From Smithella sp. PtaU1.Bin162 (GTDB lineage: Bacteria; Desulfobacterota; Syntrophia; Syntrophales; Smithellaceae), in NCBI GenBank assembly GCA_002068015.1, contig MVRV01000029.1, positions 24,373 to 88,372 of the forward strand: 64,000 bases of DNA, read 5' to 3'. Position numbers and translations under genes: made by a program. The notes beneath the pieces are model-generated. The model ran no database searches, had not been told where the DNA came from, and saw only the letters and a program-made list of their open reading frames with translations. Shown here in pieces: positions 59,555-64,000 of the stretch; positions within the stretch are counted from its first letter, which is position 1, and each line of letters starts with the position of its first letter.

Positions 59555-59917
59555 CATTTTTTTTCGTTTTTACCTAGAAAACAAAAAAAATTTTGCTTTC
59601 TGTTTTTTTACCTCCCGACACAGCCGATCATATTTTTCCGGTCAGCCGGTATTCATATGTTTTGCTTTGCTGCAGCGATTGAATAATGAACAAACATGCC
59701 CGTCGCTGCAAAAAGCAGCGGAAACATTCTGCTACAACATAAAGGTTTTTTGCTATGCCGGAACTTAAACTCCCAAGGAACTTCTCCTGCCTGCATTGCT
59801 GTCGATCTTAATCACAAAAAGATATTATGTTGCCGCAAAAAATTATGGGCAAAGAGAAGAAAATTTAGTAACACTACTTAACTGAATAGCCTGTATACAG
59901 GCAGCAAGAGGTGGACA

Positions 59918-60691
59918 ATGCCGGAATTACCTGAAGTGGAAACATTGTGTCGTCAGTTGCAGAAAAAGATCGCCGGTAAAAAGATATCGGTGACCGATAT
60001 ATATGATTCTAAACTTGCTCCGCTCCCGAATATTTCGGGCAGAACAATATCTGCAGTAAGACGCAATGGCAAAACGATCGAAATGCTGCTCGACAATGAC
60101 AACTCTTTATTAATCCATTTACGGATGACGGGCAGATTGCTTTGGCAGAAGGAATCTGATCAGCCGAAGCACAGCCGCTGGCATTTATCTTTTGGTAGCG
60201 GAAATTTGTACCTGGTGGATCCGCGCCGCTTTGCCACAGTAAAAATATTGCCGACACAAGATCACCCGACCGGCCATGACATTCTGCGGCATTTCGCGAA
60301 GCAAAAATTTCTTACAAATTATGGCTGGCGTAAAACAAAAATAAAAAATCTACTGATGGATCAACGCGCCGTGACCGGCATCGGCAATATTTACGCTTGT
60401 GAGATTTTACACGGTGCCGGCATTCATCCGGAAAGAATAGTGGCAACCTTAACTCCTGATGAATGGCAAAAAATATTCGAGAAAGCTAAAAGCATTCTGC
60501 AAAAAGCAATTGTCAAAAGAGGCACATCAATCTCGGATTGGCGCGACTTAAACGGCCAACCGGGCGAAAACCAATACATTTTGAAAGCCTATGGACAAGA
60601 AGGAAAGAAATGTAAACGCTGCAGCGGCATCATTACTCGTATAAAACAAGGAGGTCGAAGTACTTTTTATTGCCCCGAATGCCAGAAATAA
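59918..60691 (+). CDS. mutM: formamidopyrimidine-DNA glycosylase
   Basis: 257 aa. N-terminal MPELPEVE and a C-terminal zinc finger CKRCSGIITRIKQGGRSTFYCPECQ. Confidence 0.9.
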   Translation: MPELPEVETLCRQLQKKIAGKKISVTDIYDSKLAPLPNISGRTISAVRRNGKTIEMLLDNDNSLLIHLRMTGRLLWQKESDQPKHSRWHLSFGSGNLYLVDPRRFATVKILPTQDHPTGHDILRHFAKQKFLTNYGWRKTKIKNLLMDQRAVTGIGNIYACEILHGAGIHPERIVATLTPDEWQKIFEKAKSILQKAIVKRGTSISDWRDLNGQPGENQYILKAYGQEGKKCKRCSGIITRIKQGGRSTFYCPECQK

Positions 60692-60719
60692 GCGGGTGAT
60701 GCATCAAGGAAACGCCTTG

Positions 60720-61172
60720 TCAGCGGGTAAAAAAATAACTCCAACCACGGTCAAAAAACAAAGCAAACACTGATATGGCCATTAGCGCTACATCGCGCAC
60801 CAGATAGAACCAACTGATGCTGCCGGTCAATCCGCCAAAACAGCCGCAGGAAATATCCAACCCCCGCACTAAATTTATCGTAAGGGCAATGGCAAAGACC
60901 AGAAACAGCAGAGCGGCAATAAAGGAAGCTCCTCTCACATAAATACTTACAAGAAGACAAACAGCCAGCAACACTTCCAGATATGGTAAGGTCACGGCAA
61001 GCACGTTAATCGCCCAGTCGGGCAGTAAACGATAATTGTAAATGGCGGTGGCAAATTCCTGAGGAGCAATAATTTTTTCGCATCCGGCATATAGGAAAAC
61101 AGCCGCTACAGTAAGACGGCAAACAAGAGCTACTGCCGGCGTAACAGGACCAGGAAAATTTCTGAGTTTCAT
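60720..61172 (-). CDS. MauE/DoxX-family redox-associated membrane protein
   Basis: About 150 aa from the ATG at 61172, with an ATGA overlap onto the rhodanese stop. Four TM helices and a CGCFGG motif typical of MauE-like proteins. Confidence 0.75.
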   Translation of the reverse strand: MKLRNFPGPVTPAVALVCRLTVAAVFLYAGCEKIIAPQEFATAIYNYRLLPDWAINVLAVTLPYLEVLLAVCLLVSIYVRGASFIAALLFLVFAIALTINLVRGLDISCGCFGGLTGSISWFYLVRDVALMAISVFALFFDRGWSYFFTR

Positions 61173-61690
61173 ATTTGCCCTTTCGTTACCGGATAACCGG
61201 CATTGATCCATAGGTTCCAGCCATCAGCCAAAACTTTTACGACCGGCACCCCATGAGACTGCAACGCCTGCGCTGTTTCCTGGCTTAGAGGGCATTGCAG
61301 TCCATCGCAGTAGGTTACAACTATCGATTCAGCTGAAAGCATCGCTTTTAATTGGGCAAGTCGAAAAGCCACTTCATCCGGGTACATGTTTATTGCGCCT
61401 TTAATATGCCCTTCTTCAAAGCTGAAAGGGTCGCGGGCATCAACAAAAACTACTTTATGTTGCCGATAAAGATTATAAGCTTCCGTAAGCGTTATCTTGG
61501 GAATGTTTGTCCGAATAATTCCGGCTATCTTTGTTGAATCAAAACCAAAAAGAGGAAGACTGGCCTGGCGCAGCTCATTTATGGCAACAGCAATGGTAAC
61601 AGCCATAACTAAAATAACTAAAGACTCCTTTACGATCACATTCAGATTAATCTTATGAGGTTTATCTTTGATTTTGATTATATGCTTCAT
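61169..61690 (-). CDS. membrane-anchored rhodanese-like domain protein
   Basis: 173 aa with an N-terminal TM helix. Rhodanese fold VVFVDARDPFSFEEGHIKGAIN and active-site loop VTYCDGLQCPLS, which has two Cys and no Arg. Confidence 0.75.
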   Translation of the reverse strand: MKHIIKIKDKPHKINLNVIVKESLVILVMAVTIAVAINELRQASLPLFGFDSTKIAGIIRTNIPKITLTEAYNLYRQHKVVFVDARDPFSFEEGHIKGAINMYPDEVAFRLAQLKAMLSAESIVVTYCDGLQCPLSQETAQALQSHGVPVVKVLADGWNLWINAGYPVTKGQI

Positions 61691-61703
61691 ACCGGCAGAA
61701 TAA

Positions 61704-62219
61704 TTATTTTTTCATATCCGGTGGAGGATATGCTTCTATAATCCATTTACGGATGTCACTTTTGGGAGGCACATAACCTGCTGCAACAATTTTGCCATTG
61801 ATAACAAGAGCCGGCAAGCCCATTACCCCATAGCGTGCTATTTCCTGAACCTCGGAGACATGGCGAAGATCAGCCGCTATTCCCATTTCCGATAAGATAT
61901 CCCGAAGATCTGATTCCATCTGTAAACAACGTACACATCCTGTACCCAAAACAGCTATAATTAATCCGGAAGCGGCTGCGGGCTCTACAGGCAAGCCCTG
62001 CACTAATTTAAACTCGCGCAGTAATGCTTTCCCATAAGCATTATAAGCTGCGGCCGGTATATAATTATCAGCGGCTATCGTCTCCAGAAGAAGTGTCTGG
62101 ATTGCAATGTCATCATGACTAGACTGAGATTGCACAGCTTTTTTAATGGCGGCATCGAGACCGACGATTCCTACCAGATGTCCATTAATCATGATTCGTT
62201 TTAGTTCACTCTCCGACAT
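61704..62219 (-). CDS. thioredoxin-fold protein (Thioredoxin_3 / redox-active disulfide protein 2-like C-terminus) with an unassigned N-terminal domain
   Basis: About 171 aa from the ATG at 62219; the track ORF starts at a TTG at 62291. The C-terminal IIAVLGTGCVRCLQM...GVMGLPALVINGKIV has a CxxC in a glutaredoxin-like fold. Confidence 0.65.
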   Translation of the reverse strand: MSESELKRIMINGHLVGIVGLDAAIKKAVQSQSSHDDIAIQTLLLETIAADNYIPAAAYNAYGKALLREFKLVQGLPVEPAAASGLIIAVLGTGCVRCLQMESDLRDILSEMGIAADLRHVSEVQEIARYGVMGLPALVINGKIVAAGYVPPKSDIRKWIIEAYPPPDMKK

Positions 62220-62558
62220 GGCACTCCGAAAAGATGAAAAATCAATAATTGTTGTTTTAGTCAATGTATTGAGTAACTTTATCTTCGTCAAGCAAAAATC
62301 ACTTTTTTACAGGTAATGTTTTTGTGAGCGGTCCGGAAATTGTTTTGCGGCCGGATATACCGGCCAAAGACATGAATTTTATTTCCTTATATACTGGAAA
62401 GCACAATGTTTTCAGCATCATAACTGAAGAAGCCGTTTGCAATCTCCCGCTATCTGTGCTAATGACTTGTAGTCAGTAATTTTATCGTTATTGTCTGGAC
62501 ATACAAAAAGCATCATCATAACAATAAAGTAAAATCTTTCAGGAAAGGTAAAACGAAA

Positions 62559-64000
62559 TTGGACATTATCGAACAAGCAACAATGAAGGGACGAGGTAAT
62601 TTAACAGAAGCGGAAGCAAAGCAAATCTTGAAGAAATACGATATTCCCGTCGTGGAAGAGAAAGTTGTTATGACCATTGCCGAAGCGGAAACTGCTGCAG
62701 AAATAATGGGTTATCCATTGGTACTAAAAGGATTAGGCGCTCGCCTGACCCATAAGACAGAACGCGGCTTAGTAAAATTAAATTTGAAAAGCGGAAAAGA
62801 TGTAAAAAATGCAGCACTATATATAAAGGATACTGCCGGAAACGATCTGGAAGGATTCCTTCTTCAACCGATGCTGGAAGGCAGAAAAGAATTTGTCGCC
62901 GGACTTTTTTATGATGATCTTTTTGGACCGGTGGTAATGTTCGGTTTGGGCGGCATATTTACCGAAGCATTGGAAGACGTTGTGTTTCGTATCGCTCCTC
63001 TTGACGAAAAAGAAGCAGGCAGAATGATCGATGATTTGCATGCACAAAAGCTGCTTGGAGCGTTCCGTGGCGAGCGAGCTCCGGACAGACAGTCTCTGAT
63101 TAAAACACTCGTGGGTTTATCGAAGATCAGCTCAGAAATCAAAGAGATAAGGGAAATAGATATTAATCCGTTGCTTGTAGCGCCCGATGGACAAGTCACA
63201 GCAGTAGATGCTTTAATAGTTTTAGGGAAAACACAAGAACAGCAATCAGAGCGCATACCCGTTAAACCGGAAATATTCAGTAAATTATTTTATCCTAAAT
63301 CTATAGCATTTATCGGTATTTCTGCTGAATTCGGCAAGTGGGGACATATTCTTTTCACTAACGTTATCAGTGGTAATTATCAGGGAGATATTTATCTGGT
63401 AAATCCCAAAGGTGGTGAAATTGCCGGAAGAAAAGTTTACAAATCCGTAACAGAAATACCAGGCAGAGTCGACCTTGTTGTAGTAACCGTTCCTGCCGAC
63501 AAAGTGCTGGCACTTATTCCGGAATTAAAGCAAAAAAATGTTACCAATATGTTGCTGATTACGTCCGGGTTCAGTGAAATAGGGCCCGTAGGCCGTGCTC
63601 TGGAAGACGAACTCGTCGCAGAGGCGCGCAAGGCCGGAATTTTTATTATGGGTCCCAACACTATGGGCATGTGCAATCCGCATATATCATTGTATTGTAC
63701 AGCTGCTCACGCCCATCCACAACCGGGAGGAACAGCGCTTATTGCCCAGTCAGGCACTTTCGGCACGCAACTCTTGGCCTTTGCCGAAAAGGAAGGTATC
63801 GGCATGCGGGCATTCGGTGGTTCGGGAAATGAAGCAATGATTTCAATTGAGGACTATATGGACGGATTTGAAATTGACGACGTCTCTAAAACTGTCGTGC
63901 TTTATGTAGAAAGCGTGAAAAATGGCCGGCGTTTTTTCGAATCCGCAAAACGAGTGGGAAGAAAAAAACCGGTCATTATTCTGAAAGGCGGACGTACAAA
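62559..64000 (+). CDS. ADP-forming acyl-/acetyl-CoA synthetase (NDP-forming family), fused beta-alpha order, partial (runs off right edge)
   Basis: Own translation, starting at TTG 62559 or ATG 62583. The ATP-grasp_5 part is first (NLTEAEAKQILKKYDIPVVEE..GYPLVLKG..EIDINPLLV). The CoA-binding part follows (PKSIAFIGIS..VNPKGGEIAGRKVYKSV..DLVVVTVPA), then the ligase-CoA domain (GPNTMGM..IAQSGTFG). No stop lies before 64000, so it is missing from the ORF track. Confidence 0.8.
   Translation, partial: MDIIEQATMKGRGNLTEAEAKQILKKYDIPVVEEKVVMTIAEAETAAEIMGYPLVLKGLGARLTHKTERGLVKLNLKSGKDVKNAALYIKDTAGNDLEGFLLQPMLEGRKEFVAGLFYDDLFGPVVMFGLGGIFTEALEDVVFRIAPLDEKEAGRMIDDLHAQKLLGAFRGERAPDRQSLIKTLVGLSKISSEIKEIREIDINPLLVAPDGQVTAVDALIVLGKTQEQQSERIPVKPEIFSKLFYPKSIAFIGISAEFGKWGHILFTNVISGNYQGDIYLVNPKGGEIAGRKVYKSVTEIPGRVDLVVVTVPADKVLALIPELKQKNVTNMLLITSGFSEIGPVGRALEDELVAEARKAGIFIMGPNTMGMCNPHISLYCTAAHAHPQPGGTALIAQSGTFGTQLLAFAEKEGIGMRAFGGSGNEAMISIEDYMDGFEIDDVSKTVVLYVESVKNGRRFFESAKRVGRKKPVIILKGGRT

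Noticed and set aside
59482-59560. Lysine riboswitch (L-box) upstream of kamA
   Set aside because: The predicted 5' UTR is only about 60 nt (promoter at 59527-59554, start at 59457), far shorter than an L-box. No conserved L-box helices were recognisable.
1-64000. CRISPR arrays, rRNA and tRNA genes
   Set aside because: No regularly spaced direct repeats and no rRNA- or tRNA-like conserved segments were seen anywhere in the window.

Overview
This 64 kb window is mostly a chromosomal backbone from a Gram-negative, probably anaerobic bacterium. Outer-membrane phospholipase A, TatAC, an MliC lipoprotein, many radical-SAM genes, ThyX and an ADP-forming acyl-CoA synthetase suggest a Desulfobacterota-like organism, but that is inference only. 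I could support about 60 protein genes and found no rRNA, tRNA, CRISPR array, integrase or transposase. Clear housekeeping blocks are rho-rpmE-prfA, prmC-murA-hisD, gatCAB-mtnA, tatA-tatC-PBP1A, ilvBNC-ilvD, murI and mutM. The ilv operon has an upstream Ile/Leu/Val-rich leader peptide followed by two tandem terminators. A complete type I restriction-modification cassette (hsdM-hsdS-dinD-hsdR, 10.1-16.6 kb) lies between prfA and prmC, which are normally adjacent. The best candidate for an undescribed system is the minus-strand block at 55.5-59.5 kb. It holds a lysine-2,3-aminomutase-type radical-SAM enzyme, two diverged D-Ala-D-Ala-ligase-family ATP-grasp ligases and a small GNAT, which suggests a beta-lysine-derived ligation product. 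Other items worth a second look:
- an EncFtn-type mini-ferritin with no encapsulin shell gene nearby
- a tandem-domain ThyX co-transcribed with two transporters
- a thioredoxin-like / membrane rhodanese / MauE-DoxX redox trio
- a CHASE2-Ser/Thr kinase / PP2C / double-FHA module
- an orphan flagellar-rod-like gene
- nested palindromic repeats at 2.9-3.1 kb
- a domain-permuted ADP-forming acyl-CoA synthetase at the right edge

All calls come from reading the translations and sequence by eye. No database search was run.
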